A DNA stretch of 64,000 bases from Octopus vulgaris (GCA_951406725.2 OX597817.1:101308001-101372000), one strand, 5' to 3'. Counted from the first letter of the stretch, positions 35,937-50,168 are shown. Numbers and translations are program-made. Notes: generated by a model from the letters alone, not told the origin.

Positions 35937-37025
35937 CTAAAACAGATAGCACCTTATAATAAAATTGGATATATATACAACTAGATAACTGAAACCAGTA
36001 AAAGGCAAGACATATTTTCGATATATAAGCCAGTGGTGAAAAGTTCATGGAAACTTCCAGTTAACAAACTCCATTACACGATTTCAATTTCAGCTTGTAG
36101 CTATTTCTACTTTTTAACATTGAAATTTGCCATTGAAAAAGTCATGAATCCTATGATTTCGTACTTCATTTTAGTAACCTGACGATTGCACTAAAATTAG
36201 ATCATTATGCTTTTTATGTATTAATTGTTATACTTATTTACTGCTGGTCTCAGAGCCATCCATTATATTTTTAATTTCCAAAGTTGGTTTCCCTCTAAAT
36301 GCTACTAATACTTTTCTCTACCTTAAGCAAAACTCAAATATCTCCTGATCATTCGCCATGTTGTTGAATGATCTGGAGATCTTTTAAAGAAAAATGGAAT
36401 GGCTTCATAAATATTGAACGCGAAAAAACTATCAAATTCCGTTACATCTCATGTCAGCTAATCTCTCTCATTGCGAATAGCATTATATAAATTAATTATT
36501 TCATCCTATTATCGACTTCAGACATACAATTTACAATTCAAATAATTACAATTAAGCTTCTATGGAACCAACTTCTTCGAATATCATTGTATTAGAAGAG
36601 AAATAATAAATATTTTTAATCAGCTTTCTTGCACGAATTATTAAAAACGATGATTAAAAATATGAATTCTTCACGGTAATATTTAACTTTTATCTATTTT
36701 ATATAACTCACACAATTTTCAAACAGAAATTCGATCATATAAATGTTTAAATGAGGAATATTGTTTCAGTAACAAGAAATATATTCTATCACTTATGAGC
36801 ATAAACAAAATATATTAAACCTTATTAGCAACAAGAAAAGCAAAAATATACTTTTGGAATATAAAAAACAAAAGAAATAAATTGAAGACATGAATTAAAC
36901 CAGTTGATCTCTAATTAATATAAAGTCAGGTGGCATGAAATATTAATTTGTAAAATCTTCAATTATAGATAAATACAAAACAACGAGAAAATACTCGTCA
37001 GCGAAAAGTGTACACACACACATAC

Positions 37026-37077
<52 letters not shown>

Positions 37078-37252
37078 GAATTAAACCCCGTACTTTGTAT
37101 TTGTATATATATATATATACAAAGTACGGGGGTTTAATTCAATGGTGTTCTGAACGATTAGGTACGCTAGGTCAGTGCTCTAACGGATTACTAGGGCTCC
37201 AAAGTTATAGGTGAGACAATAGTTATGGAGACATTGCAGATTTCCGATGCAG

Positions 37253-37287
<35 letters not shown>

Positions 37288-38001
37288 AAAGAGGACAATA
37301 AACTTTAAGGCTAGGCTAACATCTTAAGTTGTGTACAATATTATTATTAGAAAAAAATCTACGCAGTGTTGCACTTAAGTACTCATGTTCTTGTTTCTAT
37401 AACTTGCCGATGCCTCCAGGAGCTTTAGGTCTTTTCTCTCAATAAACACTCTGGGAATCGAAATAAAATTTGGGATTTATGGAGGCTCAACGTTTGGAAC
37501 AAAAACAGGATAATCGTGACATACAAAGAAACCGAACGAAAACAAACATGCAGGGTTGTTACACCAGAAGGAGGGTAAAATGGTGAACGCTGGAGAAATA
37601 TTTGCTTCGGCAAGAGAAAAGATAGAAGAGAGAGATAGGATACTCCATTCCTTAGGACAGCCCTAAAAGAAAAGGAAGATGATCACGTAAGGAAAAGAAA
37701 GATGGACGGTGGTCACGTGTGAGCAACGAGTAAATGTATGTCTCCACTGTCCTGTTTTTGTTCCCAACTTTGACCCTCCATAAATCCCAAATTTACTTAT
37801 GGGTGTAACTGTCTTCGAAGACTCATTGTCGTTCAATGATCGAAATGAGGAGTAGATAGACAGCCTACAACCGATGAAGGGTCGTTCTTTAAGTTACTTG
37901 TCTTCTTTTCCGTTTGTTTCTCTCGTTGTTTGCGTATTGAACCCATTTGTTTTCGTATTTCATGTTGTTTACCTTTGGTAAAGTCCTGTACCCATATATG
38001 C

Positions 38002-38041
<40 letters not shown>

Positions 38042-38068
38042 CTGTGTCTGTGTGTGTATACATATATG

Positions 38069-38117
<49 letters not shown>

Positions 38118-38129
38118 TGCACTCTCCCG

Positions 38130-38418
38130 TCGTTAGATGACGCATGGGGGAGGGGTCAGCAATTTTTCGCCGAAAAGGCACAGAAATGACTTGTTTATAG
38201 TGATCAAATGTTTGTGTTCATACAAGCTCACACCCTCCATCAAATCGGAATTACCTCCATAGGTGCACCATGTGCCACATGTAATATGACGAAATGATCG
38301 CAGAGCAACGTGAAATGGAGTGATTTGCTCAAGAACGCAACGCAACGCCAGGTCTGGGAATCGAACCCCTTGATCTCGCAATCGTGAATGTAACACCCTA
38401 ACCACTAAGCCATGCGCC

Positions 38419-38420
<2 letters not shown>
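38130..38420 (-). mobile_element. tRNA-derived SINE (third family), intronic
   Basis: GGCGCATGGCTTAGTGGTTAGG (A box) and GGTTCGATTCC (B box), followed by a GTTCTTGAGCAAA central-domain-like segment. Confidence 0.7.
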
Positions 38421-38453
<33 letters not shown>

Positions 38454-38496
38454 TATCTATTATATAGGTATATGACATTTAATTTCTGATACGTAC

Positions 38497-39060
38497 CTTT
38501 ACAAGTTTTAACACCAAAGTAACGAGCAATCTTTTCCAAAGCTGAATAGCTAGCGACGAGAAGTACATTATTTGCAGGGTCACTTGCTATTGCGTTTAAT
38601 TCTTTTGTATCAAAACGTTTTCCGACTCCTATTGCATAAACGTTTACTCCAACTTTATGGAGCAATTTAGCTGCGTGCCGAGTAGCATTTGCATCACGGG
38701 ATTTCCCATCAGTTATAACAATAGCTATAAAAGGCGCTGTGTATACTTTCAGTTTTGGTTTCACTTCTTTCATTAAAAGCTGTAATGCTGCGGCAGTATT
38801 TGTTTGTCCTTTTCTATAAGGGATTGCGCCTAAAGCTACTTTCAAATCTTCTTTGTTAGTGAATTTATCGAGAGGGAATTCCAAATGAGCTCTATCACTG
38901 AATGTTATGGCACCCACTCGCACATGCGAATTACTTTGCCCAATGTGGAAGTTTTCTATCATTTTCTGGAAGAATCTTATCTGTTTTTTATAGTCAACAA
39001 TCCAAATACTACTTGATGTGTCCATAACAAATATAATATTTGCTGCCTTTCCGGAACATT
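38497..39060 (-). CDS. VWA gene exon 3: von Willebrand factor A domain with MIDAS
   Basis: Boundaries cAG ... GTACGT, 564 nt, phase 1-1. Reads ECSGKAANIIFVMDTSSSI (DxSxS), RVGAITFS, GQTNTAAAL, IVITDGKS, VYAIGVG, ELNAIASDP. Confidence 0.93.
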
Positions 39061-39220
39061 CTGTGAAAATAAAAATATTAGAGATATAGTTTCAAAATTG
39101 CTGTACATAGTTGACAACGTGCTAACTTTAAATTTTAACATCATATTTTTATAACAAAGGCGGAGTAGCAGACACGCAAGTGCTAAATTGAATGTTTTAA
39201 ACTTTTCTGATTTGAAAATA

Positions 39221-40477
39221 CGATGGTGGGCTGAAAAGTTCATTGGCCTGACTATGGAGAGTGATGCGAGAACTGTGAAATCTTCATTGCATTAATTTCA
39301 ACTCTGCTTTGTTTATTGCCATCTAAACTGACATATTACTGTTCAAAAGAAGACTTCAAATGTAACTAGTAGCGACTTCTATTGAAAATGAACAAAATTT
39401 GTCATCGTGGTGTTATCAAGTATCTATATAAAAAAAAACAGTTTAGCCCCCCCCCCCCTCCGCCATTGACATTCATGCTAACATAGTTGCTACATTAGAA
39501 GGTTACACACCAGCTTTGTCAACAGTGCAAAAGTGGTCAGCTGAATTTAGGAGGGAAAGATAGACTCAAACATGACATAGTCTGGACGTCCTGCAACTGC
39601 CACCACCGAGGAAAATATTGATCGTGTTCAACATATGCTGACGCGTGACAGGCGACTATATATCAACTAGCCAATACTATTAACATATTCCGTGAGAGAG
39701 TTGAGAATATTCTATACAATGAACTTGGCATGATGAAGGTTACTGATCAGTGGGTGCCAGTTCTTCTTATATCTGATCAAAAGTGCACCAGGCCGATCAC
39801 ATCATGAGAAAATCTGACTTAGCTTAAGGCAGGTCCATCTGGTTTTCTTGAATGCTTCATAAGCCAAGATGAGTGCTGGCTTCATCACTTTCAGCCAGAG
39901 ACAAAGAAACAATCCATTCAGTGGAAAGACCCTTCCTCCTCTGCTTCAAAGAAAGCCAAGGTCGTTCCATGTACAGGAAAGGTGACGGCCTCAGTTTTTG
40001 GAATGCAGAAGACATTGTGTTTATTGGCTATCTTCAAAATGGCCACACCATCAATGGAGATTAGTATGACAACTTGCTGAGACAGTTACGAAATGCTATG
40101 AAAACCGAAGACCCAGGAAAACTGACGAAAAAGGTCTTGTTTCATCAGGATAATGATGCAGCACACAAGTCATTGGTTTCAGTGGCTACTGTGCGAAACT
40201 GTGGCTTTGAACTGGTTTATCACCGTGTCTATTCTTCTGACCCCATCTGACTATCATCTGTTTCCCAACATGAAAAACACTTGGGAACCGGTATTGCAAT
40301 GATGATGACGTTTATGACTAGAATAAAAGTTTCTTCATCAGTGGGATCGAAGCCCTGCAACACCGATGAAAGAAGTGTGAGGTCCGCAAAGAGGAGCTAT
40401 GTTAAAAAATAAACCTCATCTGATCATACTCCAAGAGAATAACTTGGTCAGCCTATGAACTTTTCAGCCGACATTCA
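39221..40477 (+). mobile_element. Decayed full-length mariner transposon in intron 2 of the VWA gene
   Basis: TIRs CGATGGTGGGCTGAAAAGTTCAT / ATGAACTTTTCAGCCGACATTCA with TA flanks. Remnants SGRP, WVPVLL, QDECWLHHFQPETK, FHQDNDAAH, PSDYHLFP. Confidence 0.85.
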
Positions 40478-41246
40478 TATACACGAGGATAGACTTTGAA
40501 ATTCAGCTTTCTTCACTTGATAAAATAAGTACTAGTCAAATATTGGGATCAAATTATTCGGATATTGTGCCAAATTTAGAAATCGATATTATATGTATAT
40601 GTAAGTGTTATTTTATTACATAGTTATCTTACATCAACATACATTATTGATACGATCAGCTCAATGGCGGTGCCCCAGCACGGCCACATCCTTAGGGCTG
40701 AAACACATAACAGGATAACAGAACACATTTGGTATGTTGTAGAGAATTCGCTTAACGTGTCTTAGTGTGAATAATATAGTATAGAGTGTATTCAATGCCA
40801 AATGTATTTAGATATTAAGTTTAGAATGCTTAAAGCATTATCCTTTGCACATAACAATTTTAACTCTCTACAGAATGTTTGCGCTAAAGAAATCTAGCAG
40901 CGTGAAATCCTAATTTCAATAGGAACAACATCAACACATATTTTTTCCGAACTGTTACAGTCTCCACTATATAATCATATCTTTTACTTTAGATAGGTGG
41001 TAAGTTCTCAACATTGCAACATTATTCTCGAAGAGGTGCAACCTCCTCCTCCTTAAGTCATCAATGCATTTTTGAAAGTCACATAAATGCACCTACTCAT
41101 TTTTACTTCCCGGATATGAGTAATTAATGAGACAGTACATCCGTTATTATTGTTTTCTAGAATGTAACCTAACATATTTATATACATATTTTCCACTTTA
41201 CAACAACCGTCAAACTTCATTTTAAATTCAGTAAAGCAGTACATAC

Positions 41247-41277
41247 CTTTCTCAATCTGTTTACCGTGAACTTGAAC
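41247..41277 (-). CDS. VWA gene exon 2 (31 nt): end of signal peptide
   Basis: ctAG GTTCAAGTTCACGGTAAACAGATTGAGAAAG GTATGT. Reads VQVHGKQIEK, phase 0-1, and joins exon 1 to exon 3 in frame. Confidence 0.7.
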
Positions 41278-41491
41278 CTAGTAACAAATGAATTGTTTAA
41301 ATGTTAGTTATTGGATTATAACATGAGATATATTATACGTGCAAATATCGAATATCTAATTTTGGAGATGTATCTTTAGGTGTAGCTTTAGATATAGCCT
41401 GGGGATAAAATAATGAAATAGAAATTTATTTCATTGATCTACAACATAAAAGATATTAAATATTTTTATTTCTTCACATTTCGTTAATTCA

Positions 41492-41937
41492 AGACGATGA
41501 GTTAACAGAATCGTTAGCACTGTAGGCAAAATGCTTAACAGTATTTCGTCTGTTTTCATGACCTGAGTTCAAATTCTGCCGATCTCGACTTAACCATTCA
41601 ACCTTTCGGGGTTGATAAAATAAGTACTACTCGAGTACTGGGATCGATGTAATCGACTTAACCCAACCCTGAAATTTATGGTCTTTTGCCAAATTTTGAA
41701 ACCGATATTTGGTTAATTGATTAATGCAGCGAACTGGCAGAATCGTTAGCACGCCAGGAAAAATGCTGAGCAGTATTTCGTCCATCTTTACGTTCTGGGT
41801 TCAAATTCCACCGAGGTCGACTTTGCCGTTCATCCTTCCGGGATTGCTAAAATAAGTACCAATTGAGCTCTGAGGTCGATATAACCGACTTACCCCCCTC
41901 TCCTAAAATTTCTGGCCTTGTGCTAAAATTTGAAGCA
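41492..41937 (+). mobile_element. Two tandem SINE copies (~41492-41705 and ~41727-41937)
   Basis: Each has GAATCGTTAGCAC, a B-box-like G(A/G)GTTCAAATT and a central segment resembling CATCCTT.CGGGGTCGATAAAATAAGTACC (Meta-domain-like; assignment from memory, unverified). Confidence 0.75.
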
Positions 41938-43933
41938 GATATCTGCTTAAATGATAGAAAGACCATTGAGACAACACCGAAGAGAGTGAAGAAATAAGAG
42001 CAATTATAGAAAACCCCATTTCAGACAGCAATTTAACTTGTAATATCATGGATATTTTTCTCAGCAGTTATTCAATCGACTACAACAGAACGATCCTCGC
42101 GTTAAGACTGAACGTGTGTGAAATGTCTCTAGTATAACTATCTAATTAATAAAATAAGCTGGCTGAAGCGAAATGTATTTCAAATTGTGTGCGTTAGCAT
42201 GGTGTGCAATCGATTTCCAGTTCCGAAATTAGGTGATAAGCATATATTTGTGACAAAATATACTGTAAATCGTAGAAAATTTTCAAATAAATGAATATTT
42301 AAATGTTCAAATCTTTACTTCATTTATCTATACAGTAAAACATTCTTTTCACCATTATTTTACATGTTATGTCTTAGTATTATAAGTAGTGTTTTGAAAG
42401 TCTACATGAATGCCATACTGTTTCACATTTAACCTATATGCACATGTCCATCGAACGTCCAAACTTGTCTTAACATTCCACGAATGTTATAGAACATGTC
42501 TGATATTTTCAATTTTAATTTGAAAATTGCAATTCTCATTTTGTTACTTCCAAGTTAAAGGTAAAAAAACAGTTTAAATAAATGGAAGTCTGTTTTGTTA
42601 GAAGAAAAAATATATCTTAAGGTAAAAGAAAATGAAATTAAAGCCATTTATTTGTTGGTTTTGTTGTTTATAGACTTTTTAATTCTCCATTTTCTTTTGA
42701 TGCTTCACTAAATAATATAAATACAACAGTGCTTTTGGGTACTTGTCGGAGAATAGTATTGCAATTAGTTAATCAGATTGAATAATTCAGATAAATGGTA
42801 GACAGAATTAAATAAGAATAAATCCATTTTGGTAAATCTAAGAGGCTGTAAAAATATTTAGGTAGAGCCATAATTATAGAAATTAATTTCTGCGAATCCA
42901 TTAGTTAATAACAGAATTGCACAAGATGTTTATGTTCTTTCAGATTATTTAGTTTAAGGAGAAGAAATATGAAGTAATTGTAAGAATAACTTCAGAAAAC
43001 TCAATTTCAGAAATTAGTCAAGTATATTATATACTAAAAACTTTGCTTTAGCTAAATATTATACATGTAAGTGTTTACTAACAAATATAAATTTACAGTT
43101 TAATACTATAATGCAAGGATGAATAGAAACGATATAGTATTCCCATTTTGAAAATTGATATTAGTGCTTATGTTATCGTATTACACTGAAACAAGTTTCA
43201 TGTTATAATTATAAAGGAAGGGAAAAAACAAGTACACTTCATGGAAATTAATTTATATAATTTTGATTGTTAAATATAAGAAAGTGTGCATGTACAAGCA
43301 CATACACACTGACACATTCACAAATGCATGTATTATTCATTTATATTTTGGAACAGAAATATACTTATCTATACATAAAAATATTCAATTATAGACAAAT
43401 GCAATATTTAATACTTTATCATAAGTTAACTTTTAGTAGTTCAGCCATGACGTAACTAACTTATCCATGCTTTTCAAAATCGTTCTACTTATAGTTGTGT
43501 ACGTTAAAATATATTTATTATAAAATCTCTTTCCATTTATGTATCTTCAGATACATTTTATAATTTTAGATTTGATAGAAAAAAGTTAGCGAATGAACAT
43601 ATTTCATTCACTTCCATAGTTTTGTTTTTTAATGGATTTTTCAGGGGGAAAAAAGTTGCATCCATAAACCACTTTAGAGTTTCTGAGGTTGGTAGGAGGA
43701 AGATATCTTCGACAAGAATGGTCCAAATGCTTGCAATGAAGTGTATTCTGCTACACGCAACTACAAGCCACGTAGTAACTACAAATTTTCCATCCTCAAT
43801 TGCAGCATAAGAAAAATAGTGATCGGTATAATTACATTCTCGATTTTTTTGCATTATGGACTTCATTATTTTGCTTTGTTTACATACACTGTATCTTCAT
43901 AAAGAAAAAAGAATTTGATTAAACTTAACTTAC

Positions 43934-43981
43934 CAATATTAAAGAAATGGCTGCAATAACCCAAATGTTAATAGAATTCAT
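43934..43981 (-). CDS. VWA gene exon 1: start codon and signal peptide
   Basis: gaaaATG, reading MNSINIWVIAAISLIL, then a GTAAGT donor in phase 0. With exon 2 it gives a hydrophobic signal ending VHG. Confidence 0.75.
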
Positions 43982-44012
43982 TTTCTCGCTAAAATCTTCT
44001 TCGATGTAGATT

Positions 44013-44052
44013 ACTAAGTATTGATGTTTGAATGTACTTTATATTCTTTATA
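44013..44052 (-). promoter_or_regulatory. Candidate core promoter (TATAAAG plus Inr-like TTAGT)
   Basis: TATAAAG at 44052-44046 and TTAGT at 44017-44013, upstream of the ATG. The spacing is slightly long, and another TATAAA lies at 44094-44089. Confidence 0.3.
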
Positions 44053-44557
44053 GAAACGTTTTGGCAATTTTATTCAACTGTGTATCTATTTATAAGAATC
44101 TGTGGGAATCACTAAGGAAGTAAATTTCTAATGAATTCTAAGTGTTTCCGGGTGCTGGATTTTTAACATTATAGGAATGACACAAAGTACAAGGGAAAGT
44201 TAATGGGAATGGTAGCATCGTGTGCAGTGGAATGTCTATAGTTATTCAAGAACCCTAACGAATTTAGGATTGCCCACCCACTCAATTATTTGTACAGAAT
44301 CTTTTTCTCAATTATTTATTCCTATTTATAGCAAGAGAAGTTTCCCGTAGTTATTTTCCTTTCATCTAAACCACAGTAAGTAACTTGAGTGGGTTTCAAG
44401 TAGAATACACAATGCTTAATGACCTGAACTGTTACAGATACTTCTTGCATTGCATTTTAATAGAACGCCGCTAAAAATTTCCTCACACAGTCCAGTGGTA
44501 TATCCATTTCTGTCGCTACTCTCCCCACCTCACCCTTTCTGCATATCTATCTGTCTG

Positions 44558-44644
<87 letters not shown>

Positions 44645-44651
44645 TAATATA

Positions 44652-45990
44652 CACTGGTCAAAATAAGTTTAAGACCGATGATGGCAGTTTTATTCCTTTA
44701 TTAATATATTTTTAATAAAACTGTAAAATTATTTTACTTTTTACAGTTTATGTAGAATTTGTTTCTCTTTCGAGTGATGTAGGCGTTATATGTCTTTCTA
44801 CAATTCGAATAATTTTAATACGCAATTAATTCAAATGATTAGAAATTGTCGGCAAAATAAGTTTAAGATCGTACCAAGATTATGCAAATTAATAAACCAA
44901 ATGGGTTGTCATAGGATCATAGTGGTCATAGGGCTGTTCGTACTGCACTGTTTTGTTTAATAATCGAGCATTGTTACACATTACTTCACTATGGGAAAGC
45001 ATCATAGTATCAGCCCAGTTACTAGTTCAAAGGTTATGTTGCTTCATCAGCAAAATGTGTCCTTCATGAACATTAGCAAGCAATTAGGATGCAGTAAAAT
45101 GGCTTGCGTTCAAGCATGGAAGCTTTACCAACCACTGGCCAATATAAAGATCGGCAAAAAACGGGCTCTCCAAAAAAGAAAAAAATACAACAGTACAGAC
45201 GGATCGCCGAATTCATAGGCTCTCTGAAGGTAACCGAATGCTAACAGCAGTGGACATTTGCAAGCAATTATCTGATGAAACTGATATCAGCTTTACACTA
45301 CAAACTATCAGAAACCGCCTAAAAGAATTTGGACTATTCGGTTGGATCGCCCGAAAGCAGCCGATAATTTCTAAGACGAACCGGCGGAAGCGGATCAAGT
45401 TTTCTAATAGCCATATTGGAGCAGCGAATCCTGCTTCTGCATCTTTGGATCAGACGGAAAGACTTATGTTAGACGCCGTCCAACAGAAAAAAAGCCATCC
45501 TTAATGTATCAAAAAACGGCGATATCGTGAGGTGGGGGAAATAGTGTGGGCCGCGTTCAGCAGCCTAGTTGTTGGTTCAAGTTGTTGGTCGATGGCAGAC
45601 TGAACAGTGCAGGCTATCTGCAATTAGTAAATGAAAATGTGATGCCCTATCTAAATAATCAGATGCCACCGGGATCTATTTTCCAGCAGGACAATTGTCC
45701 CGTTCATAAGACTAGGAATGTTTTTGCAATATTTTGAGCGCAATAATATGGTGGTTACTAAGTGTCCTCCGCAGAGCCCGGATTTGAATCCGATAGAAAA
45801 TTTATGGAATTATGTTTCTAAAAGAGCTCGTGCTAAAAAAAAACAACACATTTGTCCCAATTATATTTTATTGAAGAAATATGACAGAACATTCCAATTG
45901 ATTTTTGCGTTCATTTGTCGAACTCCATGTCCCACCGTTGTAAGGCCGTAATTGAAAATAATGGCTATGGAACTAGATACGAATAATAAA
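44652..45990 (+). mobile_element. Decayed Tc1-like (DD34E) transposon with IR/DR-type left end; right TIR not found
   Basis: TA-CACTGGTCAAAATAAGTTTAAGA with an internal repeat at ~44853. Remnants TIRNRLKEFGL..ARKQP, IFQQDNCPVH, PPQSPDLNPIENLW. Confidence 0.85.
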
Positions 45991-46440
45991 TGTTTGTTCA
46001 TTGATCTATGTTTGCGTATATGAGTATATTCGATACACTGTATGTGTAAGTATGGTCTGTATAATAAACTTATCTCATTGACATTCTTGAAATATAATCA
46101 ATGAGAAGACCAGTGAAAATTTGTAAAACGTTCCACAGATTCTCCATTAGGTTGAACACTTGCACGCAGTTACATACATATAAGAACCTCACTCACATAC
46201 ACACAAACACACGCGCACGCACATATACACACACACACACACACACACCCAAACACATACGTACACAAACACACTCTCACACACACAAACATCAAACAAA
46301 CAAAAATGAAGATTTTTTTCACTTAAACAAAAGAGCCTTGCCACTTTGTTGGTAACTGGTTTTAATTCTGCAAAGGAAAACTCAAAAATCCCCAAGGCAA
46401 AAATGCACATACATACATACATACATACATACAAACATTG

Positions 46441-46727
46441 GGAACACACTACCCAAATGCTAACCTTGAGAAATTAAGCTTCTCAAAACTAGAAAGGAGA
46501 AAGCTATTGAACTGTAAACAGCTGTAAAACCTTCCAGAAGTTTATCATTTAAATATATATGAGCATGTCTAGGTATGCAACTATATACATGAGAATACAC
46601 ACAAAATAAAATATACAAATCTGCATACATACACACATACATACATACATATACACACACACATACATACATACATGTATACATACATACATACGTACAT
46701 ACATACATACATACATACATACATACA

Positions 46728-46761
<34 letters not shown>

Positions 46762-46922
46762 CATACATACATACATACATACATACATACATACATACAT
46801 ACATACATACAAACATACCCTGTTGATATTGTTGACATTTCAATGAAGGAGCCTTGGATCTAGATTAGAAACTGACTCTCTCTCTATTAGCAAGAAATCT
46901 TGAAATAAAGCTGAATAATGAC
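46441..46922 (+). mobile_element. 3' end of R4/Dong-like LINE, (CATA)n-associated family
   Basis: Homologous to ~48733-49148; flanked by and containing (CATA)n. Confidence 0.8.
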
Positions 46923-47064
46923 ACACACACATATATACACACACACACCCGCATTCACGCATACATACATACATACATACATACATACATACATACATAC
47001 ATACATACATACATACATACATACATACATACATACATACATACATACATACATACATACATAC

Positions 47065-49148
47065 TGTTCCCCACTCATGGATGCTAGAAGTCCTTCAACT
47101 TGCTAAAGTTCCAGTGAGAATAGTCAAAGCTATAGTTGAATTGACTTCATCGTGGGCTACCATTTGGAATTAATCACAAAGAGTGACTGTATTATCTGTG
47201 ATGTTGTTTGTACTTTCTGTAAACCTCTTGTCATTCATGTTACGGAAGTTTGAAGGGTATCTCACTGGTTCACAAGAAAACAGAAATACCAAAATTACAC
47301 ACTGTTTCTATGTGGATGACTTAAAACTCAATGCAAAGAATATGCATGAGATGAAAATGAGCCATGACCAAGTTACAACATTATCAAAGGATGCCGAGTT
47401 GGAGTTTGGTCAGGATAAATGTTATATGGTTGTGAAAAGGAGGAAAACTATAAACCAGATTAATAACATCTCCATCAATGATTTGACTGTTTCCCCTTTA
47501 GCTGATGGGTAATGTTACAGGTATCTAGGGGTGGATGAAAATATATCTTACAATGGCACCTGTGACAAAACACGTGTCACTAAAGAATATTACAACCGAA
47601 TAAAGAGAACTTGAACCTCAGAACTCCCTGCATTCAATAAAACGCTGGCCCACAATGTGTTTGCAGTGCCATTACTCATACCAAAATTTGGGTTGCTCGA
47701 ATGGATGCGTGATAAGATCCGAGCCATTGATCTGAAAACCCTAAAAATACTAACAAGCACACATAATTTCCACAGTGACGTAGACCGCCTCTACCTAAAG
47801 CGTAAACAAGGCGGCAAAAGCTTAACATCAATCCAAAATGCCTTTGAATGTCGCATCATATCCCTTCGGCAACATCTTTTAACCACCAAGCGTCGAAGTG
47901 CATCCTTTGACCAAGTATACATACATGAGGCTGATAACATCATAAGACTAGGAAGGCAGATCCTTGGCAACACTCTTTATCTGATAACGTAGAATACATG
48001 ACCAAAGAAATCGCACGACTCTACCGCAACATATCATCAGATGAAAGGATGAGCCAATATATGAGCAGAAGACTATGCATGGATATGTTAGTAGAAATCT
48101 CCGTGATGATAGTAATATCGATCATCAAAGCAGTTTATCATGTACCAATAGCCGCATTACTACCTCCCACTTTGAAGGATATGCGTTTGAAATCCAAGAA
48201 CAGGAAATATCAAACAAGTACCTGATGCACAAAAGGGATAGAGATGCGGAAAAAGCCGTAAAATGTGACAACCGATGCAGAATTTGTGGAGTTCACACTG
48301 AAGATATCACCCACATCATAAACAGTTGTCTGAAAACGTCATCAGCACGGTATTATCTACCGAGGAGACATGACGTTGTAGCTAGGACACTCTTTAATGA
48401 AATCTGTCGGAAGGATAATCTCGAGGACAGGGAAATAAAAACCCATAAAAAGGTAGAAGCCATAGCCACTCATAATAAAAAGGAGTACTGATGGAATGTC
48501 CCAGTGAAGATTTCAATAAAATACAAACACAACACACCTGATATAATGATTTGAGATAGAGAAGAGAAATTGCACACAGTCGTGGAAATTAGCTACCCAG
48601 CGGATGTTAACATAAAGCTGAAGATCAGTGAAAAAGAGAACACCTATGCTGAACTATTGAGAAATCTGCAGTTACTCTATCTAGATTACATGTTCAGGTT
48701 TATACCTGTGATTATTAGGGACCCTGGGATATGTAACACACTGCCTAAATACCAATCTTGAGAAATTAGACTTCTCAAAACCAGAAAGGAGGAAGACTAC
48801 AGATCCAATCCATCACTGGAACTGTAAAAATCTGTAAAACTTTCCGGAAATTTAGCATTTAAATATATATAAGCATGTCTAGGTATGCAACTAAATGCAT
48901 GAGAATACATACATAAAACATACAAATCTGTACATACATAATACATACATACATAAATACATACATACATACATACATACATACATACATACATACATAC
49001 ATACATACATACATACATACATGCATACATAGAAAACAAAAATACCCTGTCGTTGATGTTGAAATTCCAATGAAGGAACCTTGGATCTAGGCTAGAAACC
49101 GGTTATTTCTCTATTGGCAAGAAACCTTAGAATAAACTGAATAATGAC
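47065..49148 (+). mobile_element. 5'-truncated decayed R4/Dong-like LINE in (CATA)n
   Basis: ITHCFYVDDLKL, DVDRLYLKRKQGG, CRICGVHTEDITHIINSC, RHD, PDIMI, VVEISYP. Begins right after (CATA)n. Confidence 0.85.
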
Positions 49149-50007
49149 ACACATACATATGCATGGAAACAAGTGTTATTTCTGGTTGTGAAGATCAACT
49201 TTATCTCCGCGAAGCTCGACAGACGAGACTTAAGTCCACATGTCGAGATGAGCATTCCTTAGTCAGTTTTAAAGAATTATACTAATCTTTTACTGCGACT
49301 GTTATCTTCTTTGGAATCCGTATGTTTAAACTGTCATGAAAACAACGTGACAAAAACTGGGTCTTAAATCATGTTAGTGTAAATGGTTTCAGCATTAGCA
49401 CCATCACCATCACAAATAAAAATGGAGTAAACAACGTAGTTCATTCTGGTGTCTCAAATAAGAAGAATATAATATTAGGAGAACTTATCTGATATTATAA
49501 GCAAATTAAAACCAGTTATGGGAAGGATCAATGTTATCAGTTGCTTGTGATGTACCATAAACGAAAGCAGGTTTTAATGTTTTATCAACAAACATTTTCA
49601 TAAGACAACTGGAATAAATTCTCTGAAATACATTACCCACCTACTTTAAGATTTTGTACAACAATCATTGAATGCCGCAAATAGACGAATAAAAACAAAA
49701 TAAATCCTGAAACTGACGGCATGCAGATGATGAACAAATCGTGGATACATGCATACATATGTACATTAATACAAACATACACATACATGCATAGATCTAG
49801 AACATATATATATATATATATATTTATATATGTAAATACATATATTTATATATGTATATGTATATATAACGTGAAGTATATTTGCCACCTAAATGCGGCT
49901 AACGCTTAAGAGTTGATGCTAGTGTAGCTTGTAGCCCCAAGAAGACATATCCTGGCTATTGACACACTATCTGTGCCCTATTAGTATTTGCAAAGGGAAT
50001 TCTTCGT

Positions 50008-50061
<54 letters not shown>

Positions 50062-50098
50062 ATGTGGGTGTGAGTGTGGGTGTACATATGCGAGTATG

Positions 50099-50168
<70 letters not shown>

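Noticed and set aside
38340-38420. tRNA gene
   Set aside because: A and B boxes are present but it continues into a SINE body and lacks a proper acceptor stem.
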